A stretch of DNA of 64,000 nt, from the IMG/VR virus record IMGVR_UViG_3300025875_000014, positions 3,840 to 67,839 of that record. One strand, written 5' to 3'. Origin of the DNA: a virus. Taxonomy: Duplodnaviria; Caudoviricetes. Made by a program: the position numbers and the translations under genes. The notes under the pieces were generated by a model. The model was not told where the DNA came from. It did not search any database and worked only from the letters and a program-made list of their open reading frames with translations. This document shows, in pieces, positions 43,594 to 54,400 of the stretch (position 1 is the stretch's first letter; each line of letters begins with the position of its first letter).

Positions 43594-46500
43594 GTGCCGA
43601 CTGGTGCTGGTAAGTCCGCTGGTCGGGTCAGTATCCGCGTAGTTCCCGACTCCACAGGGTTCCGTGCGGACCTTCAGAAGTCTCTTGACCGCATTGAGCG
43701 CACTGCGTCCCTTGACGTCAAGGTTAAGGCTGACACTTCGAGTCTGCGTGAGTCGTTGGTCAAGGCCAAGGAGACTGTTCGCAGTACGGAACTTCCTAAG
43801 GTCAAAGTCGCTGCTGACCTGTCGAAGTTCGACGAGCAATTTAAGTCGCTCGATCGGAAGCTTGCTGGAAACCCGCTGCACATGCGGTTGGAGGCGGAGA
43901 CCGAAAAGGCCGAGGCGGAACTCAAGAGATTCCGAGACTCGCTCGGTATTGGGCCTGTGACGGTTGAGGTTCAGGCGCAGATCGACGAGGCTGAGCGGAA
44001 GATCGCAGGCCTCAAGGCACGCGCGGCTGATGAAAAGGCCAAGTTCAAGATTGTGCCTGAGGTCGACAGCACGGCGAAGCGGATTGTGCAGTTCGAGCTG
44101 ATCCGACTGGCGACCAACAAGGTCGTTGACATCGTGGTGCGCATCAACAAGGCGTCTCTGCTAGCGGTCGGCGGCGCTCTGGCGTCCCTCTCTGGCGGCA
44201 AGAATGCCGTTGGTTACCTCCGTGGCATCGGCGGAGCGCTCACTAATCTGGACAAGTCGATCCCGCGCATCGCGCTGCTGGCGACGTCCATCGGTGCTGT
44301 CGGGGCTGCGTCGTTCGCTTCGCTGTCGGGGACTCTCTCTTTGGCGTCGGGGCTGCTGGCTGTATCGGGCGCCGCCGTGGCGCTGCCCGGTTTGCTGGCT
44401 GGCATCGGTGTAGCAGGCGGGACGCTCGCCATCGCACTGACGAATGTCGGCGATCAACTCGGCGATCTGCTGCCGAAGCTTACGGACTTCCAGCTCGCTA
44501 TTTCTAAGAACTTCTTCGACAAGGCCGAGGGTCCGATCCGGAACCTCGTCGACTCTGCCCTGCCCGCACTCCAGACTGGCTTGGGTAGGGTGTCGACGTC
44601 ACTGGGCGGCTTTGCGGCTGCGGCTGCCACTGCCTTTCAGGGCCTCTTCGACCGGGGTGATCTGTCGCCGCTGTTCAACAACACTGCGCTGGCGATCGAC
44701 AAGGCGAAGGTGGCGATCACTCCGCTGCTGTCGGCGCTGACGACGCTGGTGACGGTCGGGTCCTCGTACCTGCCGATTCTGTCGTCGTCTATCGGTGATG
44801 TCGCCACGCGGTTCGACTCTTTCATTCAGGCTGCTGCGGCCGACGGTTCCCTGAGGGGCTGGATCGACACTGGTATCGCTGGTCTGAAGTCGCTCGGCTC
44901 GATCGTTGGTTCTGTCGCGGGGATCCTCAAAGGTCTTTTCGATGCGGCTAACGCTGCAACGGGCGGTAACGGCCTCGCCGTCTTCGCTCAGGGACTGCAG
45001 CAGGTGTCGGACGCCGTTAACTCGTCGGGCTTGCAGTCGGCGCTGACAACGATCTTTACGGGCGCGCAGGCTGGCGCCCAGGGTCTTGCGGCTGCCATCA
45101 AGCCGATCGGTGCGCTGCTGTCGTCGCTGGCGCCCACGATCTCGGGTGTGTTCGAGACGGCCGGTTCCGTCATTGGTGGTGCGCTGTCGGCGATCGCCAA
45201 CGCCCTGCAGGCTCCTGCCTTCGCACGGGGGCTGACCGGCTTCTTCGCGGGTATCGCTACCGGCGTCAACGCTGTTCTCCCCGTGCTTCCCGCGATCGTG
45301 TCTGCGCTGTCGGCTGTTGCGGCTACGGCTGGCATGGTCGCCGCTCAGCTCGGCCCTGTCTTCGCAGCGTCGTTCGCGGCCATCGCACCGGTCGTCACGT
45401 CGGTGCTGTCTGCGCTGCAGCCGCTGATTCCTGTGCTGGGTGAGGCACTTGCTACGTCGGTCAGCATCCTCGCGGTGTCGCTGCAGCAGTTGGCGCCGAT
45501 CTTCTCCGCCATCATCACTGCCGTCGCGCCTCTCATTCCGATCCTTGCGGGTGCGCTCGCAGGGGCCATCACCACGCTGGGGCCGGCTATCACGACGCTG
45601 GTCACGGCTCTGGGCACGGGCTTGGCCCCGACCATCGCGGCTATCGCCACAACTGTGGCGGCCCTCGCTCCGGTGCTGGCTCAGACGATCGTCGCGCTTG
45701 CGCCACTGGTGCCGCTGATCCTGTCGCTGATCCCGCCCCTGCTGCAGCTCGCGACCTCGGTTCTGCCGCTGATCCCGCAGATCGTGGCCCTCATCGTGCC
45801 ACTCGTGCAGCAGCTCGTGCCGATCATCGCGCAGATTATCTCGGCAATCATCCCGCTGGTACCGACGCTCATTCAGCTCGTTGTCGCGGCCCTGCAGTTC
45901 GCGGCTGCGATCCAGGGCAGCGTCTTCGCCGCGCTGAGTGCCCTGGCGGCGCTCCTGCCGGTGGTCATCGCCGCCATCAACGCATCATTGACCGCCATCA
46001 CCACCTTCGTGCAGGTGGCCGTGGCTTTGTTCACCGGCAACTTCTCGGCCATTCCTGGCATTGTGTCGGGCGCCATGGCTCGGGTGGTCGGCTTCATCCG
46101 CTCGGGACTCGCCTCGGCGGGAGCGGTCATCTCGTCGTTTGCTGCGGCGGGTGTCGCAAGGGTCGTGGCTTTCGGCTCTGGTATCGTCTCGGCGGTCTCG
46201 AGCGCTCTGTCGCAGTTCGTAGCGCGGATCTCAAGCGGCATCAGTCAGGCTGTGGCGCTGCTCGCGAGCCTGCCTGGTCGGGCGAGGTCGGCCATCGGCA
46301 ACGTCGGCGGTCTGTTCGTCAGCGTCGGCGCGGACATCATCCGCGGCATGATCTCGGGCATCAACTCCGCCATCGGTGGCCTGGTTTCTGCTGCCGCGAA
46401 TGCTGCCAAGTCGGCCCTCAGCGCGGCGAAGTCGGCGCTGGGCATCAACTCCCCGTCACGCGTCTTTCGTGATGAGGTCGGCAAGCAGATCCCTGCGGGC

Positions 46501-46749
46501 ATTGTCGTCGGCATCAAGTCCGGTGCGGGTGCGATCGACAACGCCGTAGCTGGTCTCGTCAACCCGAACACTGCCGCTCTGGCTGCAGCCCGCATCACGT
46601 CGCCGCTGGTCGTTGGCGGATCAGCGAACGTCGACCGCTCCATCAACATTGGCAGCGTCACGGGCACAGACGTGCAGTCTTTGGCGTCCGCGATCATGGC
46701 CGAGATTGCCATGCGTGATGCCATGTCCGCTGCTACCGGGTGGGGCTGA
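43594..46749 (+). CDS. tape measure protein
   Basis: 1051 aa; AGRVSIRVVPD start, periodic Ala/Pro/Leu repeats, LGINSPSRVF. Confidence 0.95.
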   Translation: MPTGAGKSAGRVSIRVVPDSTGFRADLQKSLDRIERTASLDVKVKADTSSLRESLVKAKETVRSTELPKVKVAADLSKFDEQFKSLDRKLAGNPLHMRLEAETEKAEAELKRFRDSLGIGPVTVEVQAQIDEAERKIAGLKARAADEKAKFKIVPEVDSTAKRIVQFELIRLATNKVVDIVVRINKASLLAVGGALASLSGGKNAVGYLRGIGGALTNLDKSIPRIALLATSIGAVGAASFASLSGTLSLASGLLAVSGAAVALPGLLAGIGVAGGTLAIALTNVGDQLGDLLPKLTDFQLAISKNFFDKAEGPIRNLVDSALPALQTGLGRVSTSLGGFAAAAATAFQGLFDRGDLSPLFNNTALAIDKAKVAITPLLSALTTLVTVGSSYLPILSSSIGDVATRFDSFIQAAAADGSLRGWIDTGIAGLKSLGSIVGSVAGILKGLFDAANAATGGNGLAVFAQGLQQVSDAVNSSGLQSALTTIFTGAQAGAQGLAAAIKPIGALLSSLAPTISGVFETAGSVIGGALSAIANALQAPAFARGLTGFFAGIATGVNAVLPVLPAIVSALSAVAATAGMVAAQLGPVFAASFAAIAPVVTSVLSALQPLIPVLGEALATSVSILAVSLQQLAPIFSAIITAVAPLIPILAGALAGAITTLGPAITTLVTALGTGLAPTIAAIATTVAALAPVLAQTIVALAPLVPLILSLIPPLLQLATSVLPLIPQIVALIVPLVQQLVPIIAQIISAIIPLVPTLIQLVVAALQFAAAIQGSVFAALSALAALLPVVIAAINASLTAITTFVQVAVALFTGNFSAIPGIVSGAMARVVGFIRSGLASAGAVISSFAAAGVARVVAFGSGIVSAVSSALSQFVARISSGISQAVALLASLPGRARSAIGNVGGLFVSVGADIIRGMISGINSAIGGLVSAAANAAKSALSAAKSALGINSPSRVFRDEVGKQIPAGIVVGIKSGAGAIDNAVAGLVNPNTAALAAARITSPLVVGGSANVDRSINIGSVTGTDVQSLASAIMAEIAMRDAMSAATGWG

Positions 46750-46751
46750 GC

Positions 46752-47708
46752 ATGGCGATTGTTGGCGCATACCCGATCATGCTTGCCCCCACGCAGGTGG
46801 TGGACTCGGAGACGCGGACCCTCGGGTTCCGCAACCTTGACGGCACGTCTTTCTTCGACTGCACGGGCCGCGAGTTCGCTGGCATGGACGGCATGACGGG
46901 CCTCGACCTTCCGCCTGTGGAAGCTGTCGAGGACCGCGTACCGGGTCAGCACGGCGACCGGCTGCTGTCGATGCGTTACGCCTCGCGGGACATCACGTTC
47001 CCACTGTGGGTCCGGTCCGACTCGAGCCACCGCGACTTCCTCCGCAAGCGCAGTGAACTGCAGGAACTGTTCGACTTCGATGACGTGGACTACGCCTACG
47101 AGGGCGGCACGTTCGATCTGGTCGCGAACAGCATCGACGGCAACCGCGAGCGGACCCTGCGGGTTCGGTACGTCGGCGGCATGGAGGGAAACCTCACGCA
47201 CACGGCCGAGCGCGCACGTTGGGCTATGCTGCCGTTGAAGTTCCGGTGTGTGCGACCATTCTGGTCGGGTGCGGATTGGGCGACTCCTGAGATCCGGCAA
47301 CTGGTGTCGGGTGTGTCGTTCTTCCGTCGCTTCCCGGGGCAGTTGAGCAACGATCGGGCGCTTGGTGCGGATATCACGGTGACGGTGCCGGGTACGGCGC
47401 GGTCGTGGCCGCAGATCAACGTGACGGGGCCTTCGACGGGTGTGCAGATCACGGGCCCGAACTTGTACGTCAGCATTCCCGGTGGTCTCACTGAGGGTGA
47501 GGTGCTGGTGCTGGAGACGGACCCGGAGCTTCGCGCTGAGGGGACGACGTTCGACGGTGACCCGGATTGGGCGCGCATCTCCCCGAACTGTGTGTTCGGG
47601 TCTGGGCTGCGTCCGGGGAACAACACGTTCAACATCGACGTGGGTACGGCTGGTCCGACGACGGTCGCCTACGTGGCTGGCGTCTCCCGGTGGAAGGCGC
47701 CCTGGTAG
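46752..47708 (+). CDS. distal tail (Dit-like) protein
   Basis: GLDLPPVE, RDITFPL, PFW, LRPGNN. Confidence 0.85.
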   Translation: MAIVGAYPIMLAPTQVVDSETRTLGFRNLDGTSFFDCTGREFAGMDGMTGLDLPPVEAVEDRVPGQHGDRLLSMRYASRDITFPLWVRSDSSHRDFLRKRSELQELFDFDDVDYAYEGGTFDLVANSIDGNRERTLRVRYVGGMEGNLTHTAERARWAMLPLKFRCVRPFWSGADWATPEIRQLVSGVSFFRRFPGQLSNDRALGADITVTVPGTARSWPQINVTGPSTGVQITGPNLYVSIPGGLTEGEVLVLETDPELRAEGTTFDGDPDWARISPNCVFGSGLRPGNNTFNIDVGTAGPTTVAYVAGVSRWKAPW

Positions 47709-47709
47709 A

Positions 47710-48087
47710 TCAGACCCTCCACTCCGGCTGGTAGTCCGGGTGATCGGCATAAGGTAGGGCGAGAAGGCGTACGGCGTCGCTGCTGGCGTCTTCCCAGCCT
47801 GATTCGTATCCGCCTTCGTAGTTGGGGAACTGGGCGGTGCCCTCGACCTGGCTCAGCGCCACGATCCGCCGCTTGGCCTCGCACTCAGCCAGCACGCGGA
47901 AAGGGTCGTGCTTGGCGATGTGCTCGGCATACGCCACGCGTACGGGATGAGAAACAAGAGCATTGGCGGTGCCCACCTCTCCGTCGCTGTCGTGTTCCCA
48001 AATTGTGTAACCAGACGCGGCGTCGCAATCCGCGGCGGCTTTCTCGTCTTCGGCGATGCGTGCAAGCAGAAACTCGGCGAGGGTCAT
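47710..48087 (-). CDS. DUF6221-like protein (antisense)
   Basis: MTLAEFLLARIAEDE, DPFRVLAECEAKRRIV, LALPYADHPDYQPEW. Confidence 0.8.
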   Translation of the reverse strand: MTLAEFLLARIAEDEKAAADCDAASGYTIWEHDSDGEVGTANALVSHPVRVAYAEHIAKHDPFRVLAECEAKRRIVALSQVEGTAQFPNYEGGYESGWEDASSDAVRLLALPYADHPDYQPEWRV

Positions 48088-48121
48088 GCCTCATCATCTC
48101 GCACTTACACTGGACGGAGGC

Positions 48122-50143
48122 GTGTTGGACGTCCGCGTTTTGTACGGAAATTGTTACGGCGGTTACTCGCTCCACGACGACGACCGCAAGGTCAACGGCA
48201 AGGACTACGCCCAGCGCGTCCCCCTACTCGTCAACCTGATCGTCAACTCTGGTGCGCACGTCTTCCTCGCGGTTGAGATCCACGAAGAGACCAGCTCGTC
48301 GTTCGGTGCCGCTGGCAGTGGGCACAAGTACCTGCTGAACGCGCTCAAGGCTGTCGATCCGGACTGGGCGCTACTTGAGGGGCGTGCGGGCAACCACTGC
48401 TACTACAAGCCGAGTCGTCTCGACGCGATCAGCGCGACGAACAAGAATATGCCCGGCTCAAGGTCCATGACGGACTTTGTGCTGCAGGACTCGGCTACCG
48501 GCTACCAGTGGCACAACGTCCTCGCGCACTTCCGCGCCGACGACAAGGACTACTACACCCCGAAGACGCACCAGAAGCGCAAGGGCAAGGAACGCACCAA
48601 GGAGCGCCGCCAGCAGGCTGAGTTCGTGGTCAAGTACACGGCGAACCTGCAGCGGGCGATCATCGCTGGTGACTTCAACTCGTCGACCGATGCGTCTGGG
48701 TATCCTCGCGCGATCTTCAAGGCGGCCGGTTTCCAGGGTCTTCGTGCTCGATCGACAACGCCAGTGGTGAACAAGGACCGGTCGACGCGTTCCACGAACT
48801 CGAAGGCGAAGTTCTGGATCGAGGACATCGAGACGCGCAAGACGCAGACGGTGTCGAACGCGGCGCTGATCCTGACGAACGGCGCATCGGACCACAACGG
48901 TTGGCTTGTTGCGACGATCACGTGGTCGGACGCTGGCGTTGCTGCGGTGCAGGCGGGGCTGCGGCCTGTCACGTCGTCGCTGGCGGCGACGTACGCGGGT
49001 CTACCGTGGACTGCTCGGGTGCGGAACCCCGACCTGTCGCTGGGTGTACCGCTGTCGTTCACGCGAGCTGAGCTGGTCGAAAACTACTGCGCGCCGAGTA
49101 TGTTGACGCTCACCGGTCGCACGTCTGATCTTGAGGCGGGCGCGAACATCGGCACGGGCGTGCTGATGACGGACGATCAGGGTGGCGTGCGCTGCTCGGG
49201 TCCGCTCGTCAACTTTGTGCGGCGTGGCAACAAGACGATGACGCTGGTCTACCGCAGCGATGCTGTGGAGGCTGCCGGTCGGATTGTGTGGCCGTCGCCG
49301 CTGGGTGCGTGGTCGAAGGCGGGCCAGGTTGCGGCGTACCACGTCGTGTCGGGCACGGCGGAGACGCGGCTACTCACGTACCTGTCGCTACACCTGGGCC
49401 CGAGTGCGCGGGTCGAACGGCGCTTGTCGGCCCTGCGGCTGCCTCTCACCAAGGAGCGCGGGCCGACGGCGGTGACGTCGGCTCGGTTCGACATCCTCGG
49501 TGAACTTATGGGCGTCCTCGCAGAACTGGCTGGTCTGCACTTCGGGATTCGGCAGGCGTACGACGGGATGACGCCGTATCGCGAGTTCTACCTAGACGAT
49601 GCTCCGGACTTGTCGGAGTGGGCCCGTTTCGGAACGCCCGAGTCGGGTGGCCCGTACATGCTCAGCAGCGACTGGTCTTACTCGGGCGGGCTGGGTGCGA
49701 CGACGATCCTTGGCGCGGCTGGTGGCGAGGGGTCTGACCGGATCCTCAACGCTGTCACCGATACCGATACGGAGGCCCTGTGGCATCGCCGGGTCGAGTA
49801 CTTCCTTGACCAGCGCAGTCAGACCGACCCCACCGAGATAGCTGAGGGTCTGGCGAAGGCGCTGCTCGACAAGGCCGGCGCGTCTGACGTGTCCGTGCCG
49901 CTGGGCAGCGTTCCCGGTATCGGCACGACCATCCCGATCGGCGCTCGAGCGTCTGCGGTCCTCGATGGGCAGTTGGTCACGGACCGGATCCGCCAGATCA
50001 CTACGGTGCTGTCGTCGGAGAACGGCGCAGTTCCTACGCAGGTCGATGCCGTCCTCGGTTCCCCCGATGCAGGCGTGAAGTCCCCGACGTGGCGTCAGCT
50101 TCAGCAGATGCTGCGCCGCATTAGGGAACTGGAGCGCCGCTAA
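48122..50143 (+). CDS. EEP (endo/exonuclease/phosphatase) domain fused to Gp37-like baseplate/minor tail protein
   Basis: GGAGG RBS; N-terminal LYGN, AVE, AHF, IAGDFNS, SDH; C-terminal region with GGEGSDR, RVEYFLDQR typical of ReqiPepy6 Gp37-like proteins. Confidence 0.8.
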   Translation: MLDVRVLYGNCYGGYSLHDDDRKVNGKDYAQRVPLLVNLIVNSGAHVFLAVEIHEETSSSFGAAGSGHKYLLNALKAVDPDWALLEGRAGNHCYYKPSRLDAISATNKNMPGSRSMTDFVLQDSATGYQWHNVLAHFRADDKDYYTPKTHQKRKGKERTKERRQQAEFVVKYTANLQRAIIAGDFNSSTDASGYPRAIFKAAGFQGLRARSTTPVVNKDRSTRSTNSKAKFWIEDIETRKTQTVSNAALILTNGASDHNGWLVATITWSDAGVAAVQAGLRPVTSSLAATYAGLPWTARVRNPDLSLGVPLSFTRAELVENYCAPSMLTLTGRTSDLEAGANIGTGVLMTDDQGGVRCSGPLVNFVRRGNKTMTLVYRSDAVEAAGRIVWPSPLGAWSKAGQVAAYHVVSGTAETRLLTYLSLHLGPSARVERRLSALRLPLTKERGPTAVTSARFDILGELMGVLAELAGLHFGIRQAYDGMTPYREFYLDDAPDLSEWARFGTPESGGPYMLSSDWSYSGGLGATTILGAAGGEGSDRILNAVTDTDTEALWHRRVEYFLDQRSQTDPTEIAEGLAKALLDKAGASDVSVPLGSVPGIGTTIPIGARASAVLDGQLVTDRIRQITTVLSSENGAVPTQVDAVLGSPDAGVKSPTWRQLQQMLRRIRELERR

Positions 50144-50448
50144 ACCGCCCACTCCTGCTGGTAGTCCGGGTGATTGGCGTACGGGTAAGCAAGTGCCTCT
50201 ATAGCCGCCCACAGGCCTTCGCGGGCGGGTGGGAACGCAATGCGGTCGCTCAGACTTCGAGGATTCAGCAGCATCTCGTACGCCTGGACGATCTGACGTT
50301 TTGCCTCGCACTCGGCCCGCATGCGTGCGTCTGTCCAGTGGATGGGGTCATCGCAGTAGAGCCGCAACACGGTCTCGCCTTCGATCACGCCCCCAATCGC
50401 AGCCTCATCTTCAGCAACTCGGGCGAGCAAAAACTCAGGCAGGGTCAT
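50140..50448 (-). CDS. DUF6221-like protein (antisense, second copy)
   Basis: MTLPEFLLARVAEDE, RMRAECEAKRQIV, LAYPYANHPDYQQEW. Confidence 0.8.
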   Translation of the reverse strand: MTLPEFLLARVAEDEAAIGGVIEGETVLRLYCDDPIHWTDARMRAECEAKRQIVQAYEMLLNPRSLSDRIAFPPAREGLWAAIEALAYPYANHPDYQQEWAV

Positions 50449-50477
50449 GCCGCCAATTCTCTCACTTAGGAGATGCC

Positions 50478-51434
50478 TTGACAGGCTCATACCCGGCTGA
50501 CGGTAACGGTGGCCTGACGATTACCGACTGGGCCGACTTCTTCAACAGCCGTGACGGCGCTACTGACTCCTACGTGGCCGGTGACCTGGCGCTGACACGG
50601 ATCGACGCGGGCAACCTTTGTCAGATCGCACCCGGCAAAGTTGACATCAACGGTTACCGCCTTGTCGTCGACGCAACAGAGGCGCTGACCTGCCCGACGC
50701 CCGCATCGGGTACAGCGACCTACTACATCGTCGCCTACTACGACCCGAACCTGAACGTTGCCAACGCTGACGGGTCCGCTCCCCGCCCCCTCGGGCCGTG
50801 CCGTCTCGGCCTCTACGCGTCGACTGACATCGAGGCTGAGCTGGCGGCGAAGTCGTGGGTGCTGCTCTACCAGATTGTCCGCGGCTCCGGGCAGCTTCTG
50901 TCGGCTGCCGTCGTGACGTCTTTCGTGCGCTGGCTCGGTGGTCCGTCGATCGAGTGGCCGCTCAGCATGACCAACCCGCCGACCGGGTCGTACCTGCTGC
51001 CTCGCGGAACCCTGCGTACCGCCATGGACTCGGGCGCCAAGCGGTCCCTGCTCGTCCGCAGCCTCAACTCCAGCGGCGTTATGGCGTGGGTCGACCTGCT
51101 CAACCAGGGGCCGTTCGCTTTTCCGTCGCCGTCGTCCCTCGTGGCGAACAGCGGCCCTGCTCAGTACTTCGTGCACTCGGGCGTCATGGTCAAGTGTCGC
51201 GGCACCCTCAAGCGGTCCAGCGGCACCCTCTCCCAGTCGAGCAACGACGTCACCCTCGGCACCCTCCCCGCCGGCTTCCGGCCTGCCTTCACCGAACGGT
51301 TCCTGTGCAAGACAGGCGCCGGCAAGAACTACATCGAGGTGCGCGTCGAGCCGAACGGCGTCGTGACGATGACCGGCGAGTCCGGCGTCGACTGGATCGA
51401 CCTCTCACCCATCTCGTTCCGCGCTGAGAATTAG
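50478..51434 (+). CDS. minor tail protein
   Basis: AGGAG RBS and TTG start; SYP, GKVDING, TLPAGFRPA C-terminal motif. Confidence 0.8.
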   Translation: MTGSYPADGNGGLTITDWADFFNSRDGATDSYVAGDLALTRIDAGNLCQIAPGKVDINGYRLVVDATEALTCPTPASGTATYYIVAYYDPNLNVANADGSAPRPLGPCRLGLYASTDIEAELAAKSWVLLYQIVRGSGQLLSAAVVTSFVRWLGGPSIEWPLSMTNPPTGSYLLPRGTLRTAMDSGAKRSLLVRSLNSSGVMAWVDLLNQGPFAFPSPSSLVANSGPAQYFVHSGVMVKCRGTLKRSSGTLSQSSNDVTLGTLPAGFRPAFTERFLCKTGAGKNYIEVRVEPNGVVTMTGESGVDWIDLSPISFRAEN

Positions 51435-51445
51435 GACGTTGCCTG

Positions 51446-54400
51446 ATGGCCCGTAACCTGTATTCGCCCATTTTCGTCCAGCTCGCTGGTACCGCCCTGC
51501 CCGCGCCGAACCTGCCGTTCACCGTGTGGACGGATCTGACGACCGGCACGAACGTCACCGCCCAACTCGTCATCCCCGACGGCACCGCTGCCTACTCCGC
51601 GGTCACGGACAGTCAGGGCAACATCGCGCCCTTTCGTGGCCCCGACGACTACGTGGGCAACCTCTTCGTTGACACGGGCGCCTCGTACCGCTTCCAGCTC
51701 GACTCGCCGACGCTACTCGACTACCTCGTTACAAACGCTCAGTCGGGCGGCGCGAACGGTGTCACCGACCACGGTGCCCTGTCTGGCCTCGGCGACGACG
51801 ACCACCCGCAGTACCACACGGACGCTCGCGGCGACTTGCGCTACTACACGCGGGCGCAGTCTGACGGCAACGTATCGTCGGCCGTCTCGGCGTCGTCGGC
51901 CGAAGATCGCAAGCGTTCAAATCACTCGGGCACGCAGCTTGCCTCAAGTATCAGCGACTTCACTCCCGCCGTCCAGGCCGTCCCCGGCTTCGGCGGCGGT
52001 ACTACTTCGGTGGCTGACGGTTCGGTCACGGATGCAAAGGTCGTCGCGGGCCGCTCCCTCATTGGCTCCACAGCCGGCTGGGAAGCACTCCAGGACCACC
52101 TCGGCACCACGTTCCTCCAGGGCGGTTCCTACGACGACGCAGCGGGCACGTGGACGCCGATTGCGGGTGGCGGCGGAGGCGGGTCCAACTCTGGTGTCGA
52201 CGTCTACGCATACGGCTTCCGCACCACGAACACGCGCGACCAAAACGGCACCGCTCTCCTGTCCGCCGTTGGTGCTGCGGGCAAGCGTCCCGTCTACTGC
52301 TCGGTGCCCGGTCGCTACCCCCTCGCGGTGACGTTCGCCAACGAGGACATCAACCTCGACCTCTCGAGCGTTACCCTCATTCACCCGCAGGTAGCGGGCG
52401 ACATGAAGCCGGTCATCACCGTTGAGCGGTCGTTCAGCACCCCGCAGGCGGTCGGACCCACCCGCGTCGTCGAGTGGGGTCCTCGCCTCACCGGTGGCGT
52501 GTCCTGGTCCGCGAAGTACACGGCGATCGACCTCACCTCGGGTGGGTACTCCGCGTACAAGGGTGGCGACCTCATTCATATCTCGTCGGGTGACGTGTAC
52601 CCGTGGGCGTGGACCGCGATCAAGGCTCCGCTGACGCAGACGACGGGGCTCGTCTACCAGGCTGAGTTCCTGCCCGTCCTCGGCATCGGCATGCTCGTCG
52701 TCGCCACCACCAACGGTGGACCCCGTGAGCAGATGATGGTGCAGGGCTCCCTCTCCGGTGCGACCGGCCTCATCCAGTCCGACCTTGTGGGGAACGGCAA
52801 CGGCGGCATCACCGCCACACAGGCACATATCACGTTCGCTGCTGTTTCGGGTGACTTCCAGGACGGCGACGTACTCACCCGTACAACCGGCGGCAACCCT
52901 GACGGTGGCGCAGGCACGTTCGCCGCAGTCGGACAGGCAGTCGGCACCGTCTCTGGCGCGCCCATGCTGCTGATCAACAAGCTCCTCGACTACCAGTACG
53001 GCGTCGTCTCCGCGGCACAGGCTAGTCCGGGCACGCAGAAGCCGCTCCAGACGAACACGACAGTCCGCGTCCGCCGCGTCGACCGCACGAGGGTCTGCAA
53101 CATCCGCGCCAACTTCGACATCGACGGCGTGGCCGGCGACCAGGACAAGTACGTCACGGACGCGTCGCGCATCGACATGATGAAGCTGCGCGGCGTGTTC
53201 ATGCCGAACGTCGATGCCCGCGTTCACAACTCGTGGACGCGTTCGATCGTCGTCACGTCCTGCTTCCAGGGCCGTTTCCGTGCGATGTTCGACGGACTTC
53301 CGAACCACGCCTACCTCGACCAGGAGGGCTTTGGCTACGGGTTCGAGTGCAAGTCGGCTAGCAACGGCAACGTCTTCGAGTACGTTGGGCGGAACCTGCG
53401 GCACTCGTTCACGACGAACCCGAACCAGCGGACGTTCAGCACTGGCGACGCCAGCCACATCGACTACGGCACGCCGATGGACAACACTGTTCAGAACTCG
53501 GTTGGGTTCGCCACCTACACCAACACTTTCGACACTCACGCGGGCGACCTCCGGACCCGGTTCGTCAACTGTATCGCGGTTGGTGGCGGTTCCGGTGGTC
53601 GGTACAACTCGGACGGTGGTGCGCAGTTCGCGTCTCGCGGGTTCGCTACCGAGTGGGTCAACTGTAAGTCGGTCAACAGCGTCGAGGGCATCGACTACCT
53701 GGGTGGCGAGCACGACCCCGGCATCGACCACACCGTCATCGTCAAGGACGCCCACGTGCTCGGGTTCCAGGCGCGCGGGTTCTTCGCCACTGACGCCATC
53801 ACCGACCACTGCTCGATCGTCATCGACGGCGGCAGGTTCATCGGCGATGGTTCACCGACCGGCCAGCAGTACACGCACGAAGCCATCGCCCTCGGCAAGG
53901 GCATCAAGCTCACCATCAAGGGTGAAGTTGAGGTGGGCGGCTTCAACGGCTTCCCGATTCGCATGCGCGAGGCTGGCACGGCTGGGATCCAGTCCGAGCT
54001 CGACATCATCAGCATGCTCATCGACTACCGGGGCACGACCACCAGCAACGCGCAGGGCATCCGCGTGGACGGCACCCTGGCCCGCGCGAACTATGAGGGC
54101 ATCACCCTGCGGCTCGCGTCGGGCAGCATCCCCGGTGGTTTGATCACGAACCGTGGCGGCTCAACCGTCCACAACATCGGCCGTGTCGTTCCGTTCGGCC
54201 TCGCCGGTCGTACGCTCCCGGTCCTCCAGACGGCCAGCCAGGCAGGCACCCCGACGCAGACGGTCCTCACCGATCTCGTCGGTAGCGGTGGCGGCAGCGG
54301 AAGCGGGACGGGCAGCGGGACTCAGGTCACCGTTGACGGCGTGCCCGTGTCGACGTTCGACGTCAGCTCTACTCCGGTCGTGCAGACGTTGACGATCGGC

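Noticed and set aside
44900-46300. Periodic Pro/Leu/Ala repeats in the tape measure protein
   Set aside because: Expected TMP feature, not novel.
51944-53809. 621-aa minus-strand ORF (also 46245-47750, 3041-3760 and 54502-55596)
   Set aside because: Shadows of well-supported genes on the opposite strand; no RBS or family motifs.
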